From: Actinomycetota bacterium
GTDB taxonomy: Bacteria > Actinomycetota > Actinomycetes > S36-B12
Direction: 5' to 3'
NCBI GenBank assembly: GCA_030645615.1
Contig: JAUSNB010000015.1
Coordinates: 35 to 64,034 of the forward strand
DNA: 64,000 bases
Below, one piece after another: positions 25,088 through 34,923 of this stretch. Position 1 is the first letter of the stretch; each line of letters begins with the position of its first letter. The notes beneath the pieces are model-generated. The model saw only the letters and a list, made by a program, of their open reading frames with translations, made no database searches and had not been told where the DNA came from. The position numbers and the translations under genes were made by a program.

Positions 25088-25318
25088 ATGGGGCGCGGCC
25101 GTGCAAAGGCGAAGCAGACCAAGGTCGCCCGTGAATTGAAGTACGGGGGGCCGCAGACCGACTTCGATCGGCTGCAGGCCGAACTCGGATCCAACGGTGC
25201 CAGCACCCCGACGCGCCTCGACGACACCGTCGACGTCGTCGAGGACCCTTACGCCGAAGACCCCTATGCGAAGTACTACGACGACGAGGATGGCGTGGAC
25301 CCCCAAGGGCCCAAGTAG
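25088..25318 (+). CDS. DUF3073 domain protein
   Basis: MGRGRAKAKQTKVARELKYGGPQTDFDRLQAEL... with an acidic tail. GGAGGGGG RBS. Confidence 0.8.
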   Translation: MGRGRAKAKQTKVARELKYGGPQTDFDRLQAELGSNGASTPTRLDDTVDVVEDPYAEDPYAKYYDDEDGVDPQGPK

Positions 25319-25336
25319 TCCCCTGCCTGGTTCTGC

Positions 25337-26458
25337 CTAGGCGGGGTGCTCCGCGAGGAGGCTGACGGCCCCGCCGGATCCCCCCTTGGCCTCGGCGTCG
25401 CCGGCCTCCCCGTCCCGCCGCTCCCGCACCGTGCCGCACACCCAGGCCGGCACCCCGCGCGCCCCGAGCAGGGCGACCGCGGCGTCGGCGTCGGCGTCGG
25501 CAACGACCGCGACCATGCCGATCCCCATGTTGAACGTCCGCTCGAGGTCGGCCCGGTCCACGCGCCCGATTCCCCCGATCAGCCCGAACACCGGCTGGGG
25601 CCGCCAGGTCGCCCTGTCGACGTCGACCGCGGCGCGGGCCGGCAGCACCCGGGCGAGGTTGGCGGCGAGCCCGCCCCCGGTGACGTGGCTGATCGCGTGC
25701 ACGTCGACCGCTTCGGCCAGGGCCAGGCAGTCGCGCGCGTAGATGCGGGTCGGCTCGAGCAGTTCCTCCCCGACGGTCCGGCCGAGCACGTCGACATGGG
25801 CGCCCAGCCCCGGTCCGCCCTCGCCGAGCAGGACCAGTCGGGCGAGGGAGTACCCGTTGGAGTGCAGTCCGGACGCGCCCATCGCGATGACGGCGTCGCC
25901 GTTGCGGACCCGGTCCGGGCCCAGCAGCCTCTCCGCGTCGACCACCCCGGTGCCTGCGCCGGCAACGTCGTACTCATCCGGCGCCATGAGCCCCGGATGC
26001 TCGGCCGTCTCCCCGCCGAGCAGCGCGCAGCCGGCCTGCTGGCAGCCGTCCGCGATGCCGCGCACGATCGCCGCGATGCGCTCGGGGACCACGGATCCGA
26101 CCGCGATGTAGTCGGTCATGAACAGCGGCTCGGCGCCGCAGACGACGAGGTCGTCGATGACCATGGCCACGAGGTCGATGCCGATGGTGTCGTGCACGTC
26201 CATGGCCCGGGCTACGGCGATCTTGGTGCCGACGCCGTCGGTCGACGTGGCCAGCAGCGGGCGGCGCATGCGGGCCAGGGCCGAGACGTCGAACAGCCCG
26301 GCGAACCCGCCCAGTTCGCCCACAACCTCGGGGCGCCGCGTGGCGGCGACCGATGCCTTCATGAGGGCGACGGCTCGCTCGCCCGCCTCGACATCGACGC
26401 CGGCGGCGGCGTACGAGGCTCCCGGCTCGCGCTGTCCGGGCTCGATCGGATCGGTCAC
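25337..26458 (-). CDS. purM: phosphoribosylformylglycinamidine cyclo-ligase (AIR synthetase)
   Basis: YAAAGVDVEAGERAV, STDGVGTKIAVA and DDLVVCGAEPLFMTDY. GTGA overlap with the purF stop. Confidence 0.95.
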   Translation of the reverse strand: MTDPIEPGQREPGASYAAAGVDVEAGERAVALMKASVAATRRPEVVGELGGFAGLFDVSALARMRRPLLATSTDGVGTKIAVARAMDVHDTIGIDLVAMVIDDLVVCGAEPLFMTDYIAVGSVVPERIAAIVRGIADGCQQAGCALLGGETAEHPGLMAPDEYDVAGAGTGVVDAERLLGPDRVRNGDAVIAMGASGLHSNGYSLARLVLLGEGGPGLGAHVDVLGRTVGEELLEPTRIYARDCLALAEAVDVHAISHVTGGGLAANLARVLPARAAVDVDRATWRPQPVFGLIGGIGRVDRADLERTFNMGIGMVAVVADADADAAVALLGARGVPAWVCGTVRERRDGEAGDAEAKGGSGGAVSLLAEHPA

Positions 26459-28017
26459 GGTCGGTCGAGCGCGTCCGCCGCCCCGCCGCCACCGACCAGG
26501 GTCGGGACCCCGTCGATGTCGGCCGAGGCCCCGGCGACCGCGCGGCGCTCGATGCCCTCGAGCACGTGCTTGCCGAGGAGTTCAGGCTCGGGCAGCGCAA
26601 CGGGATAGACGCCGTCGAAGCAGGCCCGGCAGAGTCGCTCGCGGTCGATCGTCGTGGCCTCGATGAGCTGCTCGAGGTCGATGAAGCCGAGCGAATCGGC
26701 GCCGATGGAGGTGCAGACCTCCTCGACGGACAGGCCATTCGCGATCAGCTCGGCCCGGCTGGCGAAGTCGATTCCGTAGAAGCACGGCCACTTGACCGGC
26801 GGGCTGGAGATGCGCACATGCACCTCGCGAGCCCCGGCCTCCCGCAGCATGCGCACGAGCGCGCGCTGGGTATTTCCGCGCACGATCGAATCGTCGACGA
26901 CGACGAGCCGCTGGCCGGCGATCACGTCGCGCAGCGGATTGAGCTTGAGCCGGATGCCGAGCTGCCGGATCGTCTGCGAGGGCTGGATGAACGTCCGGCC
27001 CACGTAGGCGTTCTTGACCAGGCCCTCGGCGAACGGGATGCCGGACTCCTGGGCGTAGCCGATGGCCGCGTAGCGGCCCGACTCCGGCACCGGGATGACG
27101 AGGTCGGCATCGACCGCGTGCTCGCGGGCCAACCGGCGGCCGGTCTCGACCCGGGCGGCCTGGACGCCGCGGCCCGAGATCGAGGTGTCCGGCCGAGCGA
27201 GGTAGACGAACTCGAACAGGCACCCCTTGGGGGCGGCCTCGGCGAACCGGTGCGAGCGCAGGCCGTTCTCGTCGACGACGATCAGCTCGCCCGGCTCCAC
27301 CTCGCGCACGAAGGAGGCGCCCACGATGTCGAGGGCGGCCGTCTCGCTGGCGATCACCCAGCCGCGCTCGAGGCGGCCGAGCACGAGCGGGCGGATCCCC
27401 TGCGGATCGCGGGCGCCGTACAGGGCGTCGTCGTCCATGAAGACCAGCGAGAAGGCGCCGCGCAGGACCGGCAGCTCCAGCAGCGCAGCCGCCTCGACGC
27501 TCAGCTCGGGGTGGGCAGCAAGGAGGGCGGCGATGGTGTCGGTGTCGCTGGTGGCCAGCATCCGGGTGTTGAGCGGGAGCTCGCCCGACACCTCGGCAAG
27601 CTCCACGACGCGGCGCTTGAGCTCGTGGGTGTTGGTGAGGTTGCCGTTGTGCCCGAGGGCGAGGTGGCCGGTCGCGGTGGCCCGGAAGGTCGGCTGGGCG
27701 TTCTCCCACACGCTCGACCCGGTCGTGGAGTAGCGGGTATGGCCGATGGCGACGTGGCCGTGGAGGGACTCCAGCGAGGCCTCGGTGAACACCTGGGAGA
27801 CCAGGCCCATGTCCTTGTAGACGACGATGTGGGAGCCGTCGCTGACCGCGATTCCGGCCGACTCCTGGCCGCGGTGCTGGAGGGCATAGAGCCCGAAGTA
27901 GGTGAGCTTGGCGACTTCCTCGCCGGGGGCCCAGACCCCGAAGACCCCGCAGGCGTCCTGAGGACCCTTCTCACCCGGGAGGAGCTCGTGCGACAGAAGA
28001 CCGTCACCGCGTGGCAC
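26455..28017 (-). CDS. purF: amidophosphoribosyltransferase
   Basis: N-terminal nucleophile CGVFGV, ALQHRGQESAGI, and PRPP loop VVVDDSIVRGNT. Confidence 0.95.
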   Translation of the reverse strand: MPRGDGLLSHELLPGEKGPQDACGVFGVWAPGEEVAKLTYFGLYALQHRGQESAGIAVSDGSHIVVYKDMGLVSQVFTEASLESLHGHVAIGHTRYSTTGSSVWENAQPTFRATATGHLALGHNGNLTNTHELKRRVVELAEVSGELPLNTRMLATSDTDTIAALLAAHPELSVEAAALLELPVLRGAFSLVFMDDDALYGARDPQGIRPLVLGRLERGWVIASETAALDIVGASFVREVEPGELIVVDENGLRSHRFAEAAPKGCLFEFVYLARPDTSISGRGVQAARVETGRRLAREHAVDADLVIPVPESGRYAAIGYAQESGIPFAEGLVKNAYVGRTFIQPSQTIRQLGIRLKLNPLRDVIAGQRLVVVDDSIVRGNTQRALVRMLREAGAREVHVRISSPPVKWPCFYGIDFASRAELIANGLSVEEVCTSIGADSLGFIDLEQLIEATTIDRERLCRACFDGVYPVALPEPELLGKHVLEGIERRAVAGASADIDGVPTLVGGGGAADALDRP

Positions 28018-28042
28018 GGCTGGAGTCTAGCCGTCGCCCAGG

Positions 28043-28849
28043 CTAGATCAGACCGCCGCCGCGCTCGTCGGCATTCGAGAACCGCTGGGCGATGTAGATC
28101 GGCAGGATGCTGACGACGACGAGGGCCGCGGCGACCACGTTGACGATGGGCGCCTGATTGGGGCGGAAGAGGTTCTGGTAGATCCAGATGGGAAGCGTCT
28201 CGACCCCCGGCCCGGCCGTGAAGGTCGTGACGATGATCTCGTCGAACGAGAGCCCGAACGCCAGGATCGCCCCGGCGATCAGCGCCGATCGCATGAGCGG
28301 GAAGGTGACATAGATGAACGTGCGCCAGCCCGTCGCGCCGAGGTCGGCCGACGCCTCCTCGACACTGCCGCCCATGCGGCGCAGCCGGGCGATCGCGTTG
28401 TTGAACACCACGACGATGCAGAAGGTCGCGTGGCCGATGATCAGCGTGTAGATGGTCAGGCCGCCGAGGAACGACGTGAAGACGTTGTTCAGGGCGATGC
28501 CCGTGACGATGCCCGGCAGTGCGATCGGCAGCACGACGAGCAGTGACACCGACTCGCGGCCGAAGAACTGGTAGCGGGACAGGGCGAAGGACAGCAGCGT
28601 GCCGAGGATGAGGGCGACGACCGTCGCGGCGACGGCGACACCGACCGACGTGATGAGGGCATCGCGGACGCCCTGGCTCTCGACGGCCTTGCCCCACCAC
28701 TCCGTGGTGAACCCGCTCGGCGGCCAGGTCAGGCTCTTGTCGACGCTGAACGAGTTGATGAGGATGACGCCCAGCGGGACGTAGATGAAGGCGAAAGCCA
28801 CCAGCGCGAACAGCGTGAGGACCACCTTGGTGCCGCGGGAGAGGGTCAT
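28043..28849 (-). CDS. ABC transporter permease (PotC-like)
   Basis: 6 TM segments; EAA-type loop EEASADLGATGWRTFIYVTFPL. Confidence 0.85.
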   Translation of the reverse strand: MTLSRGTKVVLTLFALVAFAFIYVPLGVILINSFSVDKSLTWPPSGFTTEWWGKAVESQGVRDALITSVGVAVAATVVALILGTLLSFALSRYQFFGRESVSLLVVLPIALPGIVTGIALNNVFTSFLGGLTIYTLIIGHATFCIVVVFNNAIARLRRMGGSVEEASADLGATGWRTFIYVTFPLMRSALIAGAILAFGLSFDEIIVTTFTAGPGVETLPIWIYQNLFRPNQAPIVNVVAAALVVVSILPIYIAQRFSNADERGGGLI

Positions 28850-28855
28850 GGCCGC

Positions 28856-29728
28856 CTACAGGTTGTCCAGCGCGCCCGAGCGACGGACGGCGAACAGGTA
28901 GAGCAGCACGATGACCACCGGGATGGTGGCCACGGCCGCGGCGAATGGGAGGTTGGTGACATAGGTGGTCTGCACGATGTTGCCGAGCATCGTCACCTTG
29001 CCGCCGACGATCTGCGCGGTGATGTAGTCGCCCAGGCTGAGCGAGAAGGTGAAGATCGAGCCCGCGACGATCGACGGGAAGACCAGCGGCATGACGACGC
29101 TGCGGAACGTCCGGCCACCCTTGGCCCCGAGGTCCGCCGAGGCATCGAGCATGGAGTTGGGCAGCCGGGTCAGGCCGGCGTAGATCGGCAGAATCATGTA
29201 CGGCAGCCACAGGTAGGTCAGGGTGATGACGATGCCGATGTACCCGTAGCCCGGTGAGTTCAGCCCGAGCGGGTCCAGGAACCAGGCGAGCACGCCGGTC
29301 TCCGGCTGGAGCATCGACCGCCAGGCGTAGACCTTGACCAGGTACGACGCCCACAGCGGCGTGAGGACGAGGGCCACGAGCAGCGGCCGCCAGCGGGGGT
29401 TGGCCACCCGAGCCATGAAGAAGGACAGCGGAAGCGCCAGCACGAGGCTGATCAGCGTGACGAGCAGGGCGATGCTCAGGGTGCGCAGCATCGCGCTGAG
29501 GTAGGCCGGATTGGTGAAGACCTGCTGGAAGTTCTTGAGGGTGAACTCCCGGACCAGCTGGCCGGTGAAGTCGTCGACCGTCCAGAAGGCGGTCAGGAAG
29601 AGCGCTGCGAGGGAGCCCAGGTAGACCACGACCAGCCACGCCATCGGGGCGGTCAGCAGGCCGGCGAGCCGAAGGCTCGGATGCCGGTAGCCGAAGCCGC
29701 CCCGAGGCGGGCTGGTCGTGGTCGTCAC
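28856..29728 (-). CDS. ABC transporter permease (PotB-like)
   Basis: 6 TM segments; loop LDASADLGAKGGRTFRSVVMPL. Confidence 0.85.
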   Translation of the reverse strand: MTTTTSPPRGGFGYRHPSLRLAGLLTAPMAWLVVVYLGSLAALFLTAFWTVDDFTGQLVREFTLKNFQQVFTNPAYLSAMLRTLSIALLVTLISLVLALPLSFFMARVANPRWRPLLVALVLTPLWASYLVKVYAWRSMLQPETGVLAWFLDPLGLNSPGYGYIGIVITLTYLWLPYMILPIYAGLTRLPNSMLDASADLGAKGGRTFRSVVMPLVFPSIVAGSIFTFSLSLGDYITAQIVGGKVTMLGNIVQTTYVTNLPFAAAVATIPVVIVLLYLFAVRRSGALDNL

Positions 29729-29747
29729 TGGGTCAGGTGCCTATCCG

Positions 29748-31031
29748 TCAGGAGCTGCGCAGGGCAGCCCAGGCGGTTCCCCACTCGCTGTAGGGGACGC
29801 ACTCGACATCCGTCCGGCCGTCAATGCAGGCGGCCGTCGGGGTGTTCCAGTAGTACACGTCCTCCCAGTACGCGGTGTCGCCCGCGTGGTACTTCGTGCA
29901 GTGGTCCGCGTCGGCGGTGAGCTCACACGACAAGGCGTTGGAGGGCGCCTCGCCGAACCACTCGGTCGCGGCCGCATTCACCTCGGGTGAGGCGATGTGG
30001 TCGAGCCAGAGGTACGCGCAGTTGATGTTCGGCGTGTCCTTGGCGATCATCCACGTGTCCGACCAGCCGGTGGCGCCCTCGATGGGCTTCACCGCCTCGA
30101 CGTTGCCGCCCTCGGCCTCCGCCAGGTTCGCGATGACCTGCCAGGTGGTGCCGACCGCGGTGGTGCCTGACACGAAGGCCTGGAGGGCCTTGGTGTAGTC
30201 GGACCAGTACTCCCCGACCAGGGCCTTCTGCTGCTCGAGAAGCGCGATGGCTGCGTCGAACTGCGTCCGGTCCAGCGAGTACGGATCGGTGATGCCCAGC
30301 TCAGGCTGGGTGGCCATGAGGTACACGGCCGCGTCAGCGATGAAGATGGGCGAGTCGTACGCCGTGACGGCGCCCGCGTACGGGGAGTCCGCCTCGAAGG
30401 TCGCCGCCCACGAGTCCAGCGGCTCGGTCACCGTGTCGGTGTTCCACATGAGCAGGTTGGCACCACGGCCGTGCGGCACGCCGAACGGCACCCCGCCGAC
30501 GCTGTTGTGCGTCTGCAGCTTCAGGTCCTCGTAGATGTCCGCGTAGCTCGGCACCAGGTCGGGGTTGAGGGGCTGCACGTTGTCGCCGTAGATCAGCCGC
30601 AGCGTGGCGTCGCCGGATGCCGACACGACATCCCAGCCACCGCCCTGCATGAGCTTGACGGCCTCGTCGGAGGTGCCGAAGGTCTTCAGGTTGACCTGGC
30701 AGCCGGTCTCCTCCTCGAAGCTGGTGACCCAGTCGACGGCCGGGTCGGTCGACCCGTCCTCGACGTAGCCGGGCCACGCGAGGATGTTGACCTGTCCCTC
30801 GCCCGCTCCGACCGGTCCGGCGTAGGCCGGGCCACCGGGGACCTCGACCGCGGGTGCGGACGACTCCTCGGCGGGCATTGAGGACTCCGGTGCCGCCGAG
30901 GACTCGGCCGCGGGGGCCGAGGACTCCGCCGGTGCCGAGCTCTCGGACGACGTGGAACTGCTGCACGCGGCAGCGAGCAACGCGGCAGCCGAACTGACCG
31001 CGAGCACCTTAAGCAGACGCTTTGCTTGCAC
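29748..31031 (-). CDS. ABC transporter substrate-binding lipoprotein (polyamine/PotD-PotF-like family 1 SBP)
   Basis: Lipobox LLAAAC followed by a Ser/Glu/Ala-rich linker. The second GTG (31031) was chosen because the AAGGAGG RBS abuts the first GTG (31037). Confidence 0.8.
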   Translation of the reverse strand: MQAKRLLKVLAVSSAAALLAAACSSSTSSESSAPAESSAPAAESSAAPESSMPAEESSAPAVEVPGGPAYAGPVGAGEGQVNILAWPGYVEDGSTDPAVDWVTSFEEETGCQVNLKTFGTSDEAVKLMQGGGWDVVSASGDATLRLIYGDNVQPLNPDLVPSYADIYEDLKLQTHNSVGGVPFGVPHGRGANLLMWNTDTVTEPLDSWAATFEADSPYAGAVTAYDSPIFIADAAVYLMATQPELGITDPYSLDRTQFDAAIALLEQQKALVGEYWSDYTKALQAFVSGTTAVGTTWQVIANLAEAEGGNVEAVKPIEGATGWSDTWMIAKDTPNINCAYLWLDHIASPEVNAAATEWFGEAPSNALSCELTADADHCTKYHAGDTAYWEDVYYWNTPTAACIDGRTDVECVPYSEWGTAWAALRSS

Positions 31032-31093
31032 CTGCACCCTCCTTGTTCATTGCGAAGCCGGCGGCGGATTCCCCCGGCAGGTGGAACGGCGTG

Positions 31094-32125
31094 CTACTCC
31101 GTGACGAGGTACTCGTGACGGCTGTCCCACGCCAACTGCACGTCCTGGCCGCGGAGCCCGTTGAGGTCCGCGGACAGCTCTGAGTTCTGCTGCACCGCCA
31201 TGAGCGAGCCGCCCACGGCGAGGTCGACCACGAAGCGCGTCGACATGCCGACGTACACGACCTCGCGCACCCGGCCACGCACGGCATGCCGCCCGTCGCC
31301 CACGGGGTCGTCGACCCCGAGCACCCGGACCTTCTCCGGCCGCACGGACCACGTCCCGCCACGGCCGAGCACGGCCAGGGCCGCCTCGCCCTCCAGCAGG
31401 TTGGACGTGCCCACGAACCCGGCGACGAACGGCGTGGCCGGATGCTCGTAGACGTCGGTGGGCGACCCGAGCTGGGCGATGCGTCCCTCGCTGAAGACCG
31501 CGATGCGGTCGGACATCGTGAGTGCCTCGTCCTGATCATGGGTGACGAACACGAAGGTGATGCCGACGTCGCGCTGGATCTCCTTCAGCTCCACCTGCAT
31601 CTGCTCGCGCAGCTTGAGGTCGAGCGCGCCGAGCGGCTCGTCGAGCAGGAGGACCTTGGGCCGGTTGACCAGGGCACGGGCAAGCGCCACGCGCTGCCGC
31701 TGGCCACCGGACAGCTGGGAGGGGGCGCGGTCCCCGTACCCGCCGAGCCGCACGGACTCGAGGGCCTCGGTGGCCCGGGCCACCCGCTCGGCCGACGGCA
31801 CCTTCTTCACCTTCAGCCCGTACTCGATGTTCTTCTGGACGCTCATGTGCGGGAAGAGGGCGTAGTCCTGGAAGACGGTGTTGACGTCGCGTGCATACGG
31901 CGGGGTGTTCGTGACATCGACGCCGTCGAGCTCGATGGTGCCGCCGTCGGGCCGCTCGAAGCCGGCGATCATCCGAAGGACGGTGGTCTTGCCCGAGCCC
32001 GACGGGCCAAGGAGGGTGAGGAACTCCCCGTCGAGCACGTCGAGGTCGACTCCGTTGACGGCCACCACGTCCCCGAAGGACCGCGACAGGTTCCGAAGAC
32101 GGATGGCCACGGACGGCTCGACCAT
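31094..32125 (-). CDS. ABC transporter ATP-binding protein (PotA-like)
   Basis: GPSGSGKTT, LSGGQRQRVALARAL, LLLDEPLGALD, and a C-terminal TOBE-like domain. Confidence 0.9.
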   Translation of the reverse strand: MVEPSVAIRLRNLSRSFGDVVAVNGVDLDVLDGEFLTLLGPSGSGKTTVLRMIAGFERPDGGTIELDGVDVTNTPPYARDVNTVFQDYALFPHMSVQKNIEYGLKVKKVPSAERVARATEALESVRLGGYGDRAPSQLSGGQRQRVALARALVNRPKVLLLDEPLGALDLKLREQMQVELKEIQRDVGITFVFVTHDQDEALTMSDRIAVFSEGRIAQLGSPTDVYEHPATPFVAGFVGTSNLLEGEAALAVLGRGGTWSVRPEKVRVLGVDDPVGDGRHAVRGRVREVVYVGMSTRFVVDLAVGGSLMAVQQNSELSADLNGLRGQDVQLAWDSRHEYLVTE

Positions 32126-32273
32126 GTGCTCCCTGCCCTGAGTCCGGCCGCGCGGAAGCGCCGCGCGATCGCGGAACACTATCCGAGGACTCCGTGATCC
32201 GTATACGAGGATCCCGATCGGCAACGGAATCGTTACCCATTCGTTCGATAGACGACGGTTTCCCTCGTATGGC
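32126..32273 (-). promoter_or_regulatory. structured, relatively AT-rich spacer/leader between the two ABC operons
   Basis: 8-bp long-range pairing ATACGAGG (32203..32210) with CCTCGTAT (32263..32270). Inner hairpin at 32223..32245. GC hairpin at 32149..32167. GCAAC-N6-GTTAC-N6-GTTCG at 32221..32247. Confidence 0.3.
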
Positions 32274-33314
32274 CTACTCGACCAGCACGCCGGGACCGCC
32301 GACGACGACCCGGACCCGTTCGCCCGGGGCGGCGCCCGCCCCGCCCGGCGCCCGGACCGCGATCTCGGGGCCGGCATCCAGCCGGACCGTCACGAGACTG
32401 TCATGCCCGTGGTACGAGCGAGCCGCGACGCTGCCGGGCGCGCCGTGCGGCTCCCCCGGCCCGACCGCGTGCTCGGCGACGATGGCCAGCTGCTCGGGTC
32501 GCAGCAGCACCAGGCCGGCTGGCCGCTGCGGGCTTCCCGTCACCAGGTGGATCTCGCCGAGCGCCGTGCTCACGACCCCGTCCCGGACGGCGCGGGCGTC
32601 CAGCAGGATGGCCTCCCCCACGAAGCTGGCCGTGCCCAGGTCAGCCGGGCGGGAGTAGAGGACCTCGGGGGCATCGACCTGGACGATCCGCCCGTCCCGG
32701 ACGACGGCGACCCGGTCGGCGATGGACAGGGCTTCCTCCTGGTCATGCGTCACGAGGATGGCCGTGGTGCCAAGCCCGGCCAGGAGCTCGCGGACCTCCC
32801 CCCGCAGCCTGACCCGCAGCGACGCGTCCAGGGCCGACCACGGCTCGTCGAGGCAGATCACTTCGGGCGCCGGCGCGAGCGCCCGGGCCAGGGCCACCCG
32901 CTGCTGCTGGCCACCGGAGAGCTCCTGCGGGCGCAGGCCGCCCATGCCGGTCATGCCCACCAGCCCCAGCAGCCGGTCGACGTCCTCGCCCGTGCCGCGC
33001 GGCAGGCCGAAGGCGACGTTCCCGGCCACCGTGAGGTGCGGGAAGAGCGCGCCCTCCTGCGGCACGAGGCCGACCCGTCGGCGCTCGGGCGGCACCCACT
33101 CGTCCGGCGACGAGACGATCCGGTCGCCGAACCGCACGGTGCCCGACTGCGGACGCAGCAGGCCCGCGATGACCTTGAGCAGGGTTGTCTTCCCCGATCC
33201 GCTCGCCCCGAGAACGGCAAGGAACTCACCTGACCCGACGTCGAGGGAGAGGTCGGCGAGGACCGTCCCGGCGCCGTAGCCGGCAGAGACGTCCTTGACG
33301 GCGACGCCGGTCAC
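32274..33314 (-). CDS. ABC transporter ATP-binding protein (Fe(III)/FbpC-like)
   Basis: GASGSGKTT, LSGGQQQRVALARAL and ICLDEPWSALD. The GTG at 33314 was chosen to avoid a 53-nt overlap with the permease. Confidence 0.85.
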   Translation of the reverse strand: MTGVAVKDVSAGYGAGTVLADLSLDVGSGEFLAVLGASGSGKTTLLKVIAGLLRPQSGTVRFGDRIVSSPDEWVPPERRRVGLVPQEGALFPHLTVAGNVAFGLPRGTGEDVDRLLGLVGMTGMGGLRPQELSGGQQQRVALARALAPAPEVICLDEPWSALDASLRVRLRGEVRELLAGLGTTAILVTHDQEEALSIADRVAVVRDGRIVQVDAPEVLYSRPADLGTASFVGEAILLDARAVRDGVVSTALGEIHLVTGSPQRPAGLVLLRPEQLAIVAEHAVGPGEPHGAPGSVAARSYHGHDSLVTVRLDAGPEIAVRAPGGAGAAPGERVRVVVGGPGVLVE

Positions 33315-33327
33315 GCTGCCGCCGCGA

Positions 33328-34923
33328 TCATGGGGCGACCATATCGACGGCAGCGTCTGCCTCGTCGTCGTCGGCCGCACGCTGCGTGCTGCCGCCCCGC
33401 CGGTGCATCGCCGTCGACATCAACCAGGCCGGCACGGCCGCCAGCGCGATGAGTGCCAGCGCGTAGGGTGCCGCGGCCCCATAGGCGGCCACCTCGGTGC
33501 GGCTCCACAACTCGGTAGCCAACGTGTCCAGGCCGGTTGGCCGCAGCATGAGGGTGGCCGGCAGTTCCTTCATCGCGGTGAGCAGGACCAGCAGTCCGCC
33601 GGCGGCGGCTCCCGGCCAGGCCAGGCGCAGCGTGGTCGACCGCCAGGCCCCGAACGCCGACCTGCCCAGCGTGCGCGCAGTCTGCTCGAGGATGGGCGGC
33701 ACCGCGGCGACCGCCGACCGGGTCGCGCCGATCGACTTGGGCAGGAAGAGCACGGCGTAGGCGAACGCCAGTGTGGCGATGGTCTGGTAGGCAGCGGGGA
33801 ACAGGTTGATGGTGAGGAATACCAGCGAGAGGCCGACCACTACGCCGGGCAGGGCATGGCCCGAGTACGCAGCCGTCTCGACCGCGGATACCCGGGCCCC
33901 TCGGTACCGCGCCGCGAGCAGGGCCACCGGCACGGCGAGCGCGACGGCCAGGGCCGCCCCAATCAAGGACACGCCGGCCGAGTTGGCGGCGGCGCGGGCG
34001 AGTTCGCCGACGTCGAGGGGTCGCCGGGACCCCTCGGCGAGCCGGATAAGCAGCGAGGCCACGGGGACGACGATCGCGAGGCCGATGAGAACGCCCAGCC
34101 AGGCGAGTGCGCCGACCTGGCCGCGGCCGGTCAGCGCGACGTCGGGAGCGGGCCGAAGGGCCGCCCCCGACGTGCGGAACCTACGGGAACGACCGCGCAC
34201 CCGGCGCTCGAGCAGCACGAGCCCGGCCGCGAGGGCGACGAGGACGAGGGCCAGAACGGCGGCAGTGGTGCGGTCGAAGCTGGCCCGGTACGAGGCATAG
34301 ATGACCCGGGTGAAGGCGTCGACCCGGAACAGGGACACCGCCCCGAAGTCGGACAGCACGTAGAGCGCGACGAGGAGCGAGCCGGCCGCCGCCGCGGGCC
34401 ACGCCTGCGGGAGGGTCGCCTCGACGAAGGCCCGTCGAGGGCCGCGGCCCAGCGTGCGAGCCACCTCCTCCAAGGACGGGTCCGCGGAGCGCAGGGCAGC
34501 CACCACGGGCACCACCACGTACGGCAACGACACGAGCGTGAGGACGAAGGCGGCCGCCCAGAAGCCCGACATCCCGGGGAAGATCGCGATCCAGGCATAG
34601 GCAGCCACATAGGACGGGATCGCCAGCGGCAGCGCCACGAGCACGAGCCACCCGCGCCGCTGCCATACACGGGCCCGGGCCAGCAGCCACGCCGTCGGCA
34701 GGCCGAGGAGCAGGCATGCCGCCACGACCACGAGCGTCAAGGCCACGCTCGTACCCACCGTCTCCACGGTGCGCGGGCGGGCCAGCGTCTCCAGCACCTG
34801 GGCCAGGCCCGCATCCGCCACCCGGACCACGAGGTAGACCAACGGGATGAGCGCGACCAGCGCCGCGGCCACCGCTGCCCCGAAAAGGGCGCGCGGCGGC
34901 CGTGATGACAGGCGCGACGTCAC
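33328..34923 (-). CDS. iron ABC transporter permease (duplicated FbpB-like, 12 TM)
   Basis: Two EAA loops (EEVARTLGRGPRRAF and EQTARTLGRSAFGAW). GTG start overlaps the SBP stop (GTGA). Confidence 0.85.
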   Translation of the reverse strand: MTSRLSSRPPRALFGAAVAAALVALIPLVYLVVRVADAGLAQVLETLARPRTVETVGTSVALTLVVVAACLLLGLPTAWLLARARVWQRRGWLVLVALPLAIPSYVAAYAWIAIFPGMSGFWAAAFVLTLVSLPYVVVPVVAALRSADPSLEEVARTLGRGPRRAFVEATLPQAWPAAAAGSLLVALYVLSDFGAVSLFRVDAFTRVIYASYRASFDRTTAAVLALVLVALAAGLVLLERRVRGRSRRFRTSGAALRPAPDVALTGRGQVGALAWLGVLIGLAIVVPVASLLIRLAEGSRRPLDVGELARAAANSAGVSLIGAALAVALAVPVALLAARYRGARVSAVETAAYSGHALPGVVVGLSLVFLTINLFPAAYQTIATLAFAYAVLFLPKSIGATRSAVAAVPPILEQTARTLGRSAFGAWRSTTLRLAWPGAAAGGLLVLLTAMKELPATLMLRPTGLDTLATELWSRTEVAAYGAAAPYALALIALAAVPAWLMSTAMHRRGGSTQRAADDDEADAAVDMVAP

